DNA of 64,000 bases. Source: Cenarchaeum sp. (GTDB taxonomy: Archaea > Thermoproteota > Nitrososphaeria > Nitrososphaerales > Nitrosopumilaceae). Below the pieces are notes generated by a model that was given only the letters and a program-made list of their open reading frames with translations, was not told the DNA's origin and did no database searches. The stretch spans positions 736,001 to 800,000 of the forward strand of contig OY843768.1 in assembly GCA_963693095.2 (NCBI GenBank), given 5' to 3'. Shown piece by piece: positions 9,324 through 19,465 of this stretch (the stretch's first letter is position 1; each line of letters begins with the position of its first letter). A program made the translations under genes and the position numbers.

Positions 9324-10155
9324 CCGCGCGGCGCGCTATCTGCGGCTCGTGTGCGGGAACCCACCCGCCCTTACGGCCCATCTCGAGCACACGCCGTATG
9401 GACTCCTCGCCGGCCTCGCCCATCTCCACTGTTGTGGGATTGACGTACATTTTGACAAAGCGCTCTAGCATGTCGCGCGGCTTTGACCTAGAGTATCTCA
9501 TCGCATAGTCCATCGCGTCATCAAAGTGCGCAATGCCATACTCTATCGAGTCGCGCAGGCACGCGTCAAATCTCGATATGGCCTCCTCGCCTAGCGCGTT
9601 GCGCGCCACGTTGACGCCCAGGGGCACGGGCAGGCCGCCGGTCTGGCCGTCCCACCACTCGCCGACGTCTGCGACCTTTTGCGTCCCCTCCTCGGCATAT
9701 GTCAGCTGCGTCTCGTGTATCACAAGGCCCGCGTCTGCGGCACCAGAGCTGACAGCCTCGGGTATGTCGCTAAATTTCATCTCCTTGTAGTCATACTCGC
9801 CGATCATCAGCCGCAGGAGGAGAAACGCCGATGTCAGTCGTCCCGGCACGGCAATGGTGGTCTTTTTGATCTCCTCTAGGGTGATGCCCTTGCGCGCCAC
9901 GACGATAGGCCCATAGCCCAGGCCAAAGCTTCCGCCACTGCGCAGTATCGTGTGCTCGGGCATGTGCGCGCACGCGTGAACAGAGACTGCAGTGACGTCG
10001 AGCTTGCCCTCGTCGACACCAGACCTGTTTAGCGTCTCAATGTCCTCGACTGTGTGCCTTATGTCGAGCCCATGCGTGCTGACCTTGCCGGTGAGCATGC
10101 CATAAAACATGAACGCGTCATCGGCATCAGGAGTGTGCCCCACGGTTATCTCCAA
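9310..10155 (-). CDS. mqnD: 1,4-dihydroxy-6-naphthoate synthase MqnD (futalosine pathway)
   Basis: Motifs GHTPDADDAFMFY, DIETLN, GYGPIVV, AVPGRLTSA, GLVIHE, LPVPLG and MYVN. Confidence 0.9.
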   Translation of the reverse strand: MEITVGHTPDADDAFMFYGMLTGKVSTHGLDIRHTVEDIETLNRSGVDEGKLDVTAVSVHACAHMPEHTILRSGGSFGLGYGPIVVARKGITLEEIKKTTIAVPGRLTSAFLLLRLMIGEYDYKEMKFSDIPEAVSSGAADAGLVIHETQLTYAEEGTQKVADVGEWWDGQTGGLPVPLGVNVARNALGEEAISRFDACLRDSIEYGIAHFDDAMDYAMRYSRSKPRDMLERFVKMYVNPTTVEMGEAGEESIRRVLEMGRKGGWVPAHEPQIARRAGLCP

Positions 10156-10412
10156 TGGTGGAGGCGGCCCAATGTCGGTATAAAAATCAAGGGCGATCCC
10201 CGGCAGTCAGCCGTGTGGCCTGTATGGGTGCAGGAATGAATCAGAGTCGGCCGAAACGCAAACTGGCCGATTGTGGACTGCGCGGCAGGCAGGCTTTGGC
10301 GTTTTATGGGCAGAGCAGAGCTGAACAGCGAGTGCGTGCGATCCCAAAGGCAATTCTGCCGGCTAGCCGACCCTGTCATACATGTGGCAGAGTATGCGCC
10401 ACGCAGAATCGC

Positions 10413-11105
10413 CTAGGCGGGAGCTGCGGGGGCAGGAGAGGCGCCTGCCGGTGCGAGCTCGGGGTTTAGCTCCTCCTCGACCTGCCGGTCCACTGCCCTC
10501 TCGAGGCACTCCACGACCTCTTCTATCGTCGCGCTGCCGTCTGCGTACCTCTTTATGCACGCGCTAACCTCGGGCGTCTTTCTGTTCACCCTCTTTGATT
10601 TCCTGCTGAGCTTCAGAAATGTCCATAGCGTAAAGACTCCCGGCTCTGCCAGCGGCGTGAACAGCGAATCGCTGCCTATGTACTTTCTGATTCCCAGAAC
10701 TTTGAGATCTTCCAATGTCAGATAGCCTCGATCCTCTGTCGGCTTGTCGGGATCATCCCTGAGGAACACGGTGTCGTCATAGTCATAGTCTGACACCATC
10801 CCCGACAGTTGCGCCGGGACCATCGCCTCCTCATAGCAGATGCCCCAGCGCTCTATCATGCGCCTGTCCAGCTCGAGCCGCTTGAGCCTGCCTCCGGCCT
10901 CCTCGAGTATCTCGACCATGTGGTCCGTGAGCTCGCAGTCGCGCTCGGCCTCGTCTGACAGAGCCTCTGGCGTCATGTGATCGAGCTCGTAATTGTACTC
11001 CTCGTCGGGCGCGGCCTCCTTGCCGTCTGGCTCCTCGAGCTTGCTGGCTGGTGCCCCCGCGCCACGGCGCGCATCGCCGGCATATGTGTGGTCCTGCATG
11101 CGCAT
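10413..11105 (-). CDS. Hypothetical protein, tandem paralog copy 2
   Basis: The ATG at 11105 overlaps the TGA of the upstream paralog (TGATG). It shares AERDCELTDHMVEILEEAGGRLKRLELDRRMIERWG...VEEELNPELA with copy 1. Confidence 0.7.
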   Translation of the reverse strand: MRMQDHTYAGDARRGAGAPASKLEEPDGKEAAPDEEYNYELDHMTPEALSDEAERDCELTDHMVEILEEAGGRLKRLELDRRMIERWGICYEEAMVPAQLSGMVSDYDYDDTVFLRDDPDKPTEDRGYLTLEDLKVLGIRKYIGSDSLFTPLAEPGVFTLWTFLKLSRKSKRVNRKTPEVSACIKRYADGSATIEEVVECLERAVDRQVEEELNPELAPAGASPAPAAPA

Positions 11106-11758
11106 CACGTGCGCGCCGCGGCAAGCTCGGGGTTTAGCTCCTCCTCGACCTGCCGGTCGACTGCCCTCTCGAGGCACTCCACGACCTCGCCTATCGTCGC
11201 ACTCCCATCTGCGTACCTCTTTATGCACGCGCTAACCTCGGGCGTTTTTCTGTTCACCCGCTTTGATCGCTCGCTGAGCTTCATGAATTCTTCTAGCGTG
11301 AATGTTCCGGGCTCTGCTAGCGGCGTGAACAATGAATGATGGTTTACAGACTTTCTGATGCCCAGAACCTTGCAATCTCTCAACACCAGGTATCCCTGAG
11401 TCTCTGTCGGCAAGTCGGGATCGTCCGTGAGGAACACTGTGTCGTCATAGTCATAGTCTGACACCATTCCCGACAGTTGCGCCTGGACCATCGCCTCATC
11501 ATAGCAGATGCCCCAACGCTCTATCATGCGCCTGTCCAGCTCGAGCCGCTTGAGCCTGCCTCCGGCCTCCTCGAGTATCTCGACCATGTGGTCCGTGAGC
11601 TCGCAGTCGCGCTCGGCCATTTCTGACCACATCTCCGGGGTCCATGACGTCATTCCTCCCCTGCATATCTCCGCCGCGATCTCCGCACTGCTGCGTTCCT
11701 CCTCTCTAAGCACAGCCTCGTGATCGGGCTCCTCAAGCTTGGCGCTCGCCGCGTTCAT
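11105..11758 (-). CDS. Hypothetical protein, tandem paralog copy 1
   Basis: ATG 11758 has a TATA box (TTATATA on the minus strand, about 11781-11787) roughly 25 nt upstream; paralogous to 10413-11105. Confidence 0.7.
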   Translation of the reverse strand: MNAASAKLEEPDHEAVLREEERSSAEIAAEICRGGMTSWTPEMWSEMAERDCELTDHMVEILEEAGGRLKRLELDRRMIERWGICYDEAMVQAQLSGMVSDYDYDDTVFLTDDPDLPTETQGYLVLRDCKVLGIRKSVNHHSLFTPLAEPGTFTLEEFMKLSERSKRVNRKTPEVSACIKRYADGSATIGEVVECLERAVDRQVEEELNPELAAART

Positions 11759-12169
11759 GGGATGGTGTGCCTTGCCATAATATATAATTCCTAAGCCGGT
11801 TCCGGCCATCTTGGCAAATGCCTCTTGTCGCCTAGGGCGATAATGTCATCCAACGCCATTCGATCAAAGTCTGCTGCGACTCCCACCCTCGGCAAGGCCC
11901 GTGGCGCGACTCGTTGGGACACTCTTTGGAAAGGGGGCGCCAGATGTGGTTGCCGGGGCGCACATGACCGGAATGAACGGGCACGACGGGGTGGACGCCG
12001 AGTCGATCGTCCCAAAAGGGCAGGAACATGCTCCCTCATCTGTCGCCACACCGGCCTCCGGAATCTAGCCCGAGCAGGGCAAGGAACCGCGCGCCGTCTG
12101 TTGTTGGACCAGAAAGTGCGGGCAGTGCCCATATACGTTTATTATCAAGCATTTGGGCCTTTTGGACGG

Positions 12170-14362
12170 TTGAAGTACAAGTCAACAGAGCAGGTCCTAA
12201 AGACGATCAGCGACAAGGAGCGCATACGCAACTTTGGAGTCATTGCGCACGTCGACCACGGCAAGACGACGATGAGTGACAGCCTCCTTGCGCACTCGGG
12301 GATAATAGCGCCCTCTGCGGCCGGCAAGGCCCTTGCGCTTGACTCGATGAAGCAGGAGCAGGACAGGGGAATCACCATAGTGCAGGCAAACGTCACGCTC
12401 GCATACTCAAAGGACGGCACAGAGTATGTCATAAACATGATAGACACGCCCGGCCACGTCGACTTTAGCGGGAGGGTCATACGCAGCCTGCGCGCAATTG
12501 ACGGGGCTGTCGTCGTCTGCGACGCAGTAGAGGGAATAATGACGCAGACAGAGACGGTAACGCGAATGGCTCTCGAGGAGCGCGTGCGTCCGGTTCTCTA
12601 CATCAACAAGATCGACCGCCTCATAAAGGAGCTACGCCTCACGCCCGAAAAGATGCAAGAGACCCTTGCCAACGTCGTGAAAAACTTTAACTCGTTAATC
12701 GACACGTATGCCGAGCCCGAGTACCGCGAAAAGTGGAAGGTCTCCATACAGGACGGGAGCGTCTCGTTTGGCTCGGCAAAGGACCGCTGGGGGTTCAACA
12801 TTGACATTATGAAGGAAAAGGGCGCCTCGTTCAAGGACATCTATGCCGCATATGACAGCAGCGGCAGCGTCGAGGCCCTCGCCGAGCGCGTCCCGATAGC
12901 CGATGCGATCCTCGGCATGGTCGTAAAGCACCACCCTCCCCCGCATGTGGCCCAGGCGTACCGCGTGCCAAAGATATGGAAGGGCGACCTTGACTCTGAA
13001 ATCGGCCGCGCAATCGTCAACTGTGACGAGTCCGGACCCACGGTGATGATGATAGTCAACATGGCCCTGGATCCCGCAGCAGGACCCGTTGCCATCGGGC
13101 GCCTCTTTTCTGGGACGATAAAGGACGGCGACACCGTGAACATTATAGACTCAAAGCGCGAGGGCCGCGTCCAGTCCGTCAACTTTTTCATGGGAAACCA
13201 GCGCGAGCAGGTCGGCAGCCTCGGCGCGGGCAACATACCGGCACTCCTGGGCCTCACCGAGGTCAGGGCAGGCCAGACTCTCTCGAGCATAAAGGGCATA
13301 AACGTCTTTGAGGGCATAAAGTATGTTTCTGAGCCCGTCGTGCAGATCGCCATAGAGCCAAAGCACCCAAAGGACCTCCCGCGCCTAGTCGACGTGCTAA
13401 AGCGCCTGACGATCGAGGACCCAAACCTCGTGGTAAAGATAAACGAGGAGAGCGGCGAGACGATAATCGCCGGAATGGGCGTTTTGCACCTAGACATCGC
13501 AACGACGCTGATAGCCGAGAACAAGGTCGACATCGTCACCTCTCCGCCGCTCATCAACTATAGGGAGACGGTGAGGGGCGCATGCGATGCCATAATGTCA
13601 AAGTCGCCCAACAGGCACAACAAGATATTCATGAGAGTCGAGCCCCTCGAGGACGCCGTTGCCGACCGCATCCGTGACGGGACGCTCTCGGAGATGAAGG
13701 ACAAGAAAGAGGTCGCAAGGATGCTGCGCGAGCTCGGCTGGGAGCCAGACGTCGCAAAGAGCGTCATGCGCTTTGACCCGCGCGGAAACGTCATGATAAA
13801 CGCTACAAAGGGCGTCCAGTTCATCCAAGAGTCGACTGACTCGATACTCTCGGGCTTTGATGACGTGATGAAGGAGGGGCCGGTTGCGCGCGAGCAGGTC
13901 CGCAACTGCAAGTTTGTCTTTACGCACTTTGTGCCCCACGAGGACCCCGCGCACCGCGGCCTCGCTCAGCTTGGGCCGGCATCGCGCCGCGCGTGCATGG
14001 GTGCCGCACTGATGGCCAGCCCAACGCTCCTCGAGCCAGTCCTCGCAATCGAGGTTCGCGTTCCGCAGGACATGATAGGCAACGTCGCCACGGTCATATC
14101 TGGCAGGCGCGGAAAGGTCCTGGACACGCAGCAAAAGGGCGTGATTAGCATCGTGACTGGCGAGCTTCCGGCATCCGAGACCTTTGACCTCTCAGAGGCC
14201 ATGAGGGGCCAGACTGCCGGCAGGGCAATGTGGAACACTCACTTCAAGGCGTGGTCAGAGGCCCCAAAGTCGGTTCAGGCCCAGGTCGTATCTGACATTC
14301 GCAAGCGAAAGGGCCTTGCCCCCGACCCGCCAAAGCCCGGCGAGTTTGTCGACAGGGAGTGA
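12170..14362 (+). CDS. fusA: Translation elongation factor 2 (aEF-2)
   Basis: Motifs IRNFGVIAHVDHGKTT, RGITI, DTPGHVDF, NKID and the diphthamide loop HEDPAHRG. TTG start at 12170 is inferred from the TTTATTA box about 30 nt upstream. Confidence 0.97.
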   Translation: MKYKSTEQVLKTISDKERIRNFGVIAHVDHGKTTMSDSLLAHSGIIAPSAAGKALALDSMKQEQDRGITIVQANVTLAYSKDGTEYVINMIDTPGHVDFSGRVIRSLRAIDGAVVVCDAVEGIMTQTETVTRMALEERVRPVLYINKIDRLIKELRLTPEKMQETLANVVKNFNSLIDTYAEPEYREKWKVSIQDGSVSFGSAKDRWGFNIDIMKEKGASFKDIYAAYDSSGSVEALAERVPIADAILGMVVKHHPPPHVAQAYRVPKIWKGDLDSEIGRAIVNCDESGPTVMMIVNMALDPAAGPVAIGRLFSGTIKDGDTVNIIDSKREGRVQSVNFFMGNQREQVGSLGAGNIPALLGLTEVRAGQTLSSIKGINVFEGIKYVSEPVVQIAIEPKHPKDLPRLVDVLKRLTIEDPNLVVKINEESGETIIAGMGVLHLDIATTLIAENKVDIVTSPPLINYRETVRGACDAIMSKSPNRHNKIFMRVEPLEDAVADRIRDGTLSEMKDKKEVARMLRELGWEPDVAKSVMRFDPRGNVMINATKGVQFIQESTDSILSGFDDVMKEGPVAREQVRNCKFVFTHFVPHEDPAHRGLAQLGPASRRACMGAALMASPTLLEPVLAIEVRVPQDMIGNVATVISGRRGKVLDTQQKGVISIVTGELPASETFDLSEAMRGQTAGRAMWNTHFKAWSEAPKSVQAQVVSDIRKRKGLAPDPPKPGEFVDRE

Positions 14363-14368
14363 GGGCTC

Positions 14369-16096
14369 CTAGCCCAGAACGCCGCCGAGTACGTCCATGT
14401 ACGAGGAGGGCACATACCTGCGCATCCTCTGGACCAGGTCGCGCGCGCCGGCATCAAGAATGTACGTGACTGCATGGTCATCGGCGCTGCGGACCGAGCG
14501 GCCCATGCCCTGCAGCAGCTTTGTGAGCGCGGCGTACCTGTACCAGACGTCATCCCTCTTCATCTTTGCCATGGTCCGCCTGTCGCCAAGCGACAGGTAT
14601 GGCGTCTTTATGATGATCTGAAACCTCGAGAGATCGTCCTTGAGGTCGACGCCATACCAGAGTGATGGTGAGACCAGGACGCTGGGATCGCCGTCTTGGC
14701 CGTGCTCGGCTAGTGTCTGCTCTCGCTCCTGTCCGGAGTCGTTGTGGAGTATGCGGAGGCGTGCGGCCTCGGCGGCGCCCAGCTCGGAGCGGACGTGTGC
14801 GGCAATGGCGTCACAGTGGTCCTTGCGCGATGTCAGTATGAGGCCCTTTTCTCCGGCGTGGTTTCGGAGTATGCCCGCAACGGTCGAATAGACTGCGACA
14901 TAGTCCTCTTCGGTGGATCTCGCGTTCAGCCTGCGCACGTCCATAAAGCGAACCTCGCGGCTCTTCGCCGGAAACGGCGAGCGCTCGATCTCTATGAACG
15001 CGCAGTCCTTGTCCTCAAGGCCCATCGTCTTGCAGAATATCTCCCTGTGGACAGTCGCGCTCATGTAGAGCTGGCGGTCCATGTCAAAGAACCTGCGCGC
15101 ATGTGCGCCGACCTCCAGGGGCTTTATCGAGATTCCCCCGCTCTCTGTTGGCTGCACTATCATGTTCTCTGGCGCGCTGTCAAGCTCGTGGCGTATGGCG
15201 TCCAGGTCGTCTCGCCTTCGGCGGTACCTTGCGACAGCAGAGTCCTGCCGGTCGCCAGCCGCATCCCCCTTGCCGGACTCTTCCATCTCGGCGACTGCCT
15301 CGTGGTACACGTCAGCGACGTGCTCGACCATCTTTTTCACGCCGTCAACGTCGTCAGTGGCATAGTCTGACATGCGCAGGTTCACGTCAGATAGGTGCGA
15401 GCGGTATATGTCCATGCCTATCATGTCTATGAGCTGGTCCTCTATCTCATGGGCCTCGTCAGCAATGATTGACCGGCGCTTTAGCATGTCTGCGGCTCCT
15501 GATGGCGGGTACTTGCGCGTCAAAAAGTACGCCGCATAGTTGAACACCGTGTGAGACGCGTTGAGCGCGATGTATTTTTGGTCATAATAGTGGCACTTTT
15601 GGCCCTCGGTGAGCGCCTTTATCGACTCGGCCTCTGTCCCGCGGCCGTCGACTGCATACTGTGTGGGCATTGGCTTGTGCTCGCAATAGACTGTCCTCTT
15701 GCGCCCTCCGGCGGCGACCTCCTTCCACGAGCAGTTTGCTCGCGAGCACGACAGCGCGTCATCACCGCTAGCCGCATCAGTGCCTGTGCCTGCCTGCTCG
15801 CAGAGGACGAGGCACGGAAAGTTGGACTTGCCCTTTAGCGGCCGCACCCACGCAAAGTCCCCCGTGTACTGGTCCTGCAGGACCTTTTGCGCCGTGAGCG
15901 TGTGCGACGAGCCCGTCGCTCGCGCAAACGCCATGGCGATGTGGCTCTTGCCAATTCCGGTCGGCGCGCAGAGTATGATGTGCCTAAACCCCGAGGAGAG
16001 CGCGTCATCTATGCGGCCCATAATCTCAGACTGCACGGCACGCGGCTCATAGGCGGCCGGAAAGCTCTTGGCCAGGGAGGCCACCTGAGAGGACAC
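14369..16096 (-). CDS. Rad3/DinG/XPD-like SF2 ATP-dependent helicase
   Basis: Motifs APTGIGKS, DEAH, MSAT, SPF, GVD and QGMGRSVRSADD; Cys-rich insert (FPC...C..ANC...CHYY). GTG start at 16096 is inferred with a TTAAAA box upstream. Confidence 0.88.
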   Translation of the reverse strand: MSSQVASLAKSFPAAYEPRAVQSEIMGRIDDALSSGFRHIILCAPTGIGKSHIAMAFARATGSSHTLTAQKVLQDQYTGDFAWVRPLKGKSNFPCLVLCEQAGTGTDAASGDDALSCSRANCSWKEVAAGGRKRTVYCEHKPMPTQYAVDGRGTEAESIKALTEGQKCHYYDQKYIALNASHTVFNYAAYFLTRKYPPSGAADMLKRRSIIADEAHEIEDQLIDMIGMDIYRSHLSDVNLRMSDYATDDVDGVKKMVEHVADVYHEAVAEMEESGKGDAAGDRQDSAVARYRRRRDDLDAIRHELDSAPENMIVQPTESGGISIKPLEVGAHARRFFDMDRQLYMSATVHREIFCKTMGLEDKDCAFIEIERSPFPAKSREVRFMDVRRLNARSTEEDYVAVYSTVAGILRNHAGEKGLILTSRKDHCDAIAAHVRSELGAAEAARLRILHNDSGQEREQTLAEHGQDGDPSVLVSPSLWYGVDLKDDLSRFQIIIKTPYLSLGDRRTMAKMKRDDVWYRYAALTKLLQGMGRSVRSADDHAVTYILDAGARDLVQRMRRYVPSSYMDVLGGVLG

Positions 16097-16149
16097 GGTG
16101 GCGTGCGCCTGTGCGGCTCCTTTTAATCCATTGGGGCATGCCGGGGGGT

Positions 16150-16327
16150 GCCTTGTGCAAAAAGCAGGAGCGGCCAAGATGGCCTGCAGGGCGCAGAACA
16201 GGTGGATCACTGAATGCCTGCGGGTTCCTGTCTAGTGCCCCGAATGGGCAGAGGTGGACTCGATCGGGCAGCGCCACGGCTTTTTGCATAAAACAGCCCA
16301 CTTGCGGGATCATTCATGGGCAAGGGC
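16150..16327. mobile_element. Short remnant of the same IS481-related element family
   Basis: Contains GAGGTGGACTCGA (the end of the transposase, as at about 9250) and the right end CCCACTTGCGGGATCATTCATGGGCAAGGGC. Its 5' part GCCTTGTGCAAAAAG...CAGGGCGCAGA matches 18267 and 20656. Confidence 0.6.
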
Positions 16328-16388
16328 TGCGCCTGCGCGCACGGGGCAGAGGCGCGACTGCGCACAGGCATGGCTGCCATGCCCCACC

Positions 16389-17153
16389 TCACTGTGCGGC
16401 ACCACGTCCACGGGAGCCAACAAGGCTCTGCAGCGCGCCGCTGCGCTCATGCCTCGCAATGCTTCGCCTGATCTTGGCGGTCAGCTCACGCCTGTGCTTT
16501 GGCGCGATGGCATCATGCACGTCGTGCGTGAGCCTCAGCAGCTCCCTGGAAAACGGGCGGGTGAGTATGTGTGCCAACGTCGTGTCTCGATGGTCGTCAA
16601 GATACTCGGATATGGCATTGAAAACCAGATCGTCAACATCCTCGTTTGCGGTGTTTTCGGAGAATGGGTATCGCCAGTGGGGGTCATCGAACCCCTCGAG
16701 TGACACGCCGGCATGCAGGGCAGAGGTCACCTTGTCTGCCCCAAAGTCGCCCACGCCATGGACAGAGTCGGCCCCGAACACGATGAGCGGGAGCCCCGTA
16801 TGCTGCCGCACCCTGGGCTCGTGCTCGGCGTTTATGGCGTACACTACCGTGTGGCTGGTCACCTTGCATGCGGGGCCGACGAGTTCTTGGATCTTTGAGA
16901 GATCCAGGTCGGCATAGGCGGCATCCTGCCCGAGGTCGATGTTGGGGCCGGCCTTGCATTCGATGAGCAGGGCGTGGCCGGAGTTAGACACAATCACAAT
17001 GTCCGGCTTGACGTTCCTGCCCTGGCGCTCTATGATCCCCTCCACGACCCGCACGACATAGCCCAGATCGAAGAGCGTCCTGGGCCAGTCCCCACGGCCA
17101 TCCATGGCGCACAAACCCAGAATCATGTTCAAGACCAGCGCGTGTCTATCCAC
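16389..17153 (-). CDS. PD-(D/E)XK restriction-endonuclease-like protein
   Basis: VKPDIVIV...LLIECKAG (PD...ExK) followed by 'GQDAAY' (QxxxY). The GTG start overlaps the upstream gene's stop and is preceded by GGAGG. Confidence 0.7.
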   Translation of the reverse strand: MDRHALVLNMILGLCAMDGRGDWPRTLFDLGYVVRVVEGIIERQGRNVKPDIVIVSNSGHALLIECKAGPNIDLGQDAAYADLDLSKIQELVGPACKVTSHTVVYAINAEHEPRVRQHTGLPLIVFGADSVHGVGDFGADKVTSALHAGVSLEGFDDPHWRYPFSENTANEDVDDLVFNAISEYLDDHRDTTLAHILTRPFSRELLRLTHDVHDAIAPKHRRELTAKIRRSIARHERSGALQSLVGSRGRGAAQ

Positions 17154-18213
17154 TGCACCCTCCTGTGGTCAAGTCTATGCAGGTGGCGCCTGCGTCATAG
17201 TGCATCTGTATCCTCGAGAGCAGCCAGAGTGCGGCGCTGCCGGGATGGTGTTTTCTGAGCGTGACGAGTATCGCGGGGGAGTCCTCGTGTCTGGTCGAGA
17301 TTGCAGTCTTCATGCATATTCCGCTGCCCCCGTCAAAGGTCGGAACAGCATAGTACGTGTCTCCCTTCTTGAGGTGCCTCTCTAGCATGCGCGGAAACCT
17401 GGGATTCCCATACACAATGTCCACAAACCGCTGCACGTCCTCGATCCTTTTTGAGAGCCGGATCTTGACCCCGCCACCAATGTCGGTGAGGTCAGGGCCC
17501 ATGAGGAATCCCGTGCTGCACTCCTCGACCCTGGTGGCCATCCTTGCGTACCTCTCCCTGATCATGCCGGCGAGGCACAGGTGCGCCTCCACGCACGTCC
17601 CGTCCCTTGCGGCGATCCACCCGTCGCAGTCGGCGTCGATCTCCACGTGGCCGGAGCCGCCGGCCCCTGCTCCCCTCGCGCGCACTGTTCCCAGGACCGT
17701 GCGGCCGCCCACCATGCGCGTGGCCTGGTGGCCCGCCCGCGACGTGCCGTTGAGGCCGTTCGCGTCGCTGCGCCACTCGTTGACGCACTCGTTTAGCGCG
17801 CGCGGCCCTATCCAGGCGCGGTTGACCTGCGTCGTGTGGACGAGGAGCGCCATCGCCCTGCTGGCTATCCTGTCAGTGGCCAGCGTGTGCACAAGGCAAA
17901 ACCTCCCCATGCGCCGATCCATGTACAGCTTGCAGTCCGGCACGAGCTTTTGGCAGGCGCGGCCCCCCGACGGCAGCTCCCCGACGTCTCGGGGCACGAG
18001 CGTGGAGACGCCGGACACCCCGGTCGGCGTCTCGACCCACCGTATGTCCGGCAAGCGGCTTGCCGGGGCGTGGCCATACTCGAGGTCGGCGACGAACGTC
18101 TTTAGCCCCATGGATCCCGCAGTGTCCATGCCAACGCGCATCATGGCGCGCAGCGCCCCGTCAATCTCGGCGCCGGTGCGCACCGACTCTAGTCCCGCAA
18201 TGACGGCCGTCAT
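17146..18213 (-). CDS. Hypothetical protein (355 aa), partner of the PD-(D/E)XK nuclease, copy 1
   Basis: ATG 18213 has an ATATAT TATA box about 25 nt upstream; 8-nt overlap with the nuclease start; near-identical paralog at 19538-20602. Confidence 0.75.
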   Translation of the reverse strand: MTAVIAGLESVRTGAEIDGALRAMMRVGMDTAGSMGLKTFVADLEYGHAPASRLPDIRWVETPTGVSGVSTLVPRDVGELPSGGRACQKLVPDCKLYMDRRMGRFCLVHTLATDRIASRAMALLVHTTQVNRAWIGPRALNECVNEWRSDANGLNGTSRAGHQATRMVGGRTVLGTVRARGAGAGGSGHVEIDADCDGWIAARDGTCVEAHLCLAGMIRERYARMATRVEECSTGFLMGPDLTDIGGGVKIRLSKRIEDVQRFVDIVYGNPRFPRMLERHLKKGDTYYAVPTFDGGSGICMKTAISTRHEDSPAILVTLRKHHPGSAALWLLSRIQMHYDAGATCIDLTTGGCSG

Positions 18214-18360
18214 GGCATGCGTCAGACCCCATGCCAAATATATCCATTTGCCAAGCGCGGGCTCTTGCCTTGCGCAAAAAGTGGCGGGGTGGGCGGGAAC
18301 GCCTGTAGGGTGCAGATCATGCGAGCCCATGGAAGGTCGGCGGGTCAGGGCAGGGAACTA

Positions 18361-19465
18361 TACTCACGAGCTAAAGTTCGTATAGATGATCAAGTTTCCC
18401 CGACCCCGCAGCTATATTGATCGCCCCCTCCCGCGCCAGGGCATGGACGACCGGAAGCGGGAGGAGCTGAGGGACGCGCACCACAGCGAGAAGAGCGGGC
18501 ACGTGAGGGACAGGATGCTCGCCGTGCACTGCGTGGTCAACATGGGCATGACGCACGAGGACACGGCGGACACGCTGATGCGGTGCCCGGGGTGGGTCGG
18601 CAAGTGGGTTGCGCGGTACCGGGAGGGCGGGCTTCCCGCCCTCCGCGACCTCCCGCGCTCCGGGAGGCCGCTGGCCGTGCCGCGAACGGCGCTCGACGGG
18701 ATCCTCGCCGACGCGTCGGGATCCCCCACGACCCCGGCCGCGGTCCGCGACAGGATCGCCGGGGCGGCGGGGACACTGTTCCACATAGCCAGCGTGAGGA
18801 GGCTCATGCGCGAGTTCGGCCTCTCGCGCAAGAGGCCGCGAAAGGCCCACGTCAACAGGGCGAGCGCGTCCGCCGTCCGCAGCTGGCAGCGGCGCCTTGC
18901 GGGGGCGGCGCCACGCCTGGCGCGCGCGGGATACACGATGCTGGTGCAGGACGAGTCGATCATCGTGAACGACGCCGGGGGCATGGCGACGCACTGGACG
19001 CCGCGCACGGTGCCCGTCTACGAGCCGTACACCGGGAGCCACGAGCGGATCGTCGTGTACGGGGCGATCGCCGAGGACGGGCGGCAGGCGTTCCGGACGC
19101 GCGACAAGTTCAACGCGGACACGTTCGCGCAGTACCTTGCGGAGCTGCACGGGAAGTTCGGCAAGATCGCCGTCATCGTCGACAGGGCTCCCCAGCACCG
19201 CGCGGGGGCGGTCAAGGACCTGCTGCGCGCCAACGGCGAGATCAAGCTCATCGAGCTGCCGGTGGGATCCCCGCAGCTAAGCGCCATCGAGGGGACGTGG
19301 CGCATACTCAAGAGGGACGTCAGGGTCCCGGGGCAACCACGAACCCTGGACGAGCTGAGGATCGCGGTCGGCGAGTACCTCAGGACCAAGCGGTTCAACC
19401 TGAACATCTACGCATACCTGAACAGGAAGGTCGTGGAAGGTCACACGAACTTTAGCTCGTGAGTA
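18361..19465 (+). mobile_element. Intact IS630-family insertion sequence
   Basis: Perfect inverted repeats CTATACTCACGAGCTAAAGTTCGT (18358-18381) and ACGAACTTTAGCTCGTGAGTATAG (19445-19468). These include a duplicated TA in a reconstructed CTAG target, which is canonical for IS630. Confidence 0.93.
18386..19462 (+). CDS. IS630-family transposase
   Basis: HTH region (WVARYREGGLPALRDLPRSGRP) and DDE motifs QDES, VDRAPQH and SPQLSAIE; single uninterrupted frame. Confidence 0.92.
   Translation: MIKFPRPRSYIDRPLPRQGMDDRKREELRDAHHSEKSGHVRDRMLAVHCVVNMGMTHEDTADTLMRCPGWVGKWVARYREGGLPALRDLPRSGRPLAVPRTALDGILADASGSPTTPAAVRDRIAGAAGTLFHIASVRRLMREFGLSRKRPRKAHVNRASASAVRSWQRRLAGAAPRLARAGYTMLVQDESIIVNDAGGMATHWTPRTVPVYEPYTGSHERIVVYGAIAEDGRQAFRTRDKFNADTFAQYLAELHGKFGKIAVIVDRAPQHRAGAVKDLLRANGEIKLIELPVGSPQLSAIEGTWRILKRDVRVPGQPRTLDELRIAVGEYLRTKRFNLNIYAYLNRKVVEGHTNFSS

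Noticed and set aside
11830-12125. Possible structured ncRNA (RNase P/SRP) in the GC-rich intergenic region
   Set aside because: The conserved RNase P (GAGGAAAGUCC...) and SRP helix-8 motifs were not found; a covariance-model search would be needed.
11825-12169. 115-aa N-terminal extension of EF-2 in the ORF track
   Set aside because: It is Arg-rich and non-homologous; EF-2 similarity starts at KYKSTEQV and a TATA-like box precedes 12170.
18583-19455. 290-aa alternative-frame ORF inside IS630 suggesting programmed frameshifting
   Set aside because: The transposase is already complete in one frame; the alternative frame is Arg/Gly-rich GC noise.
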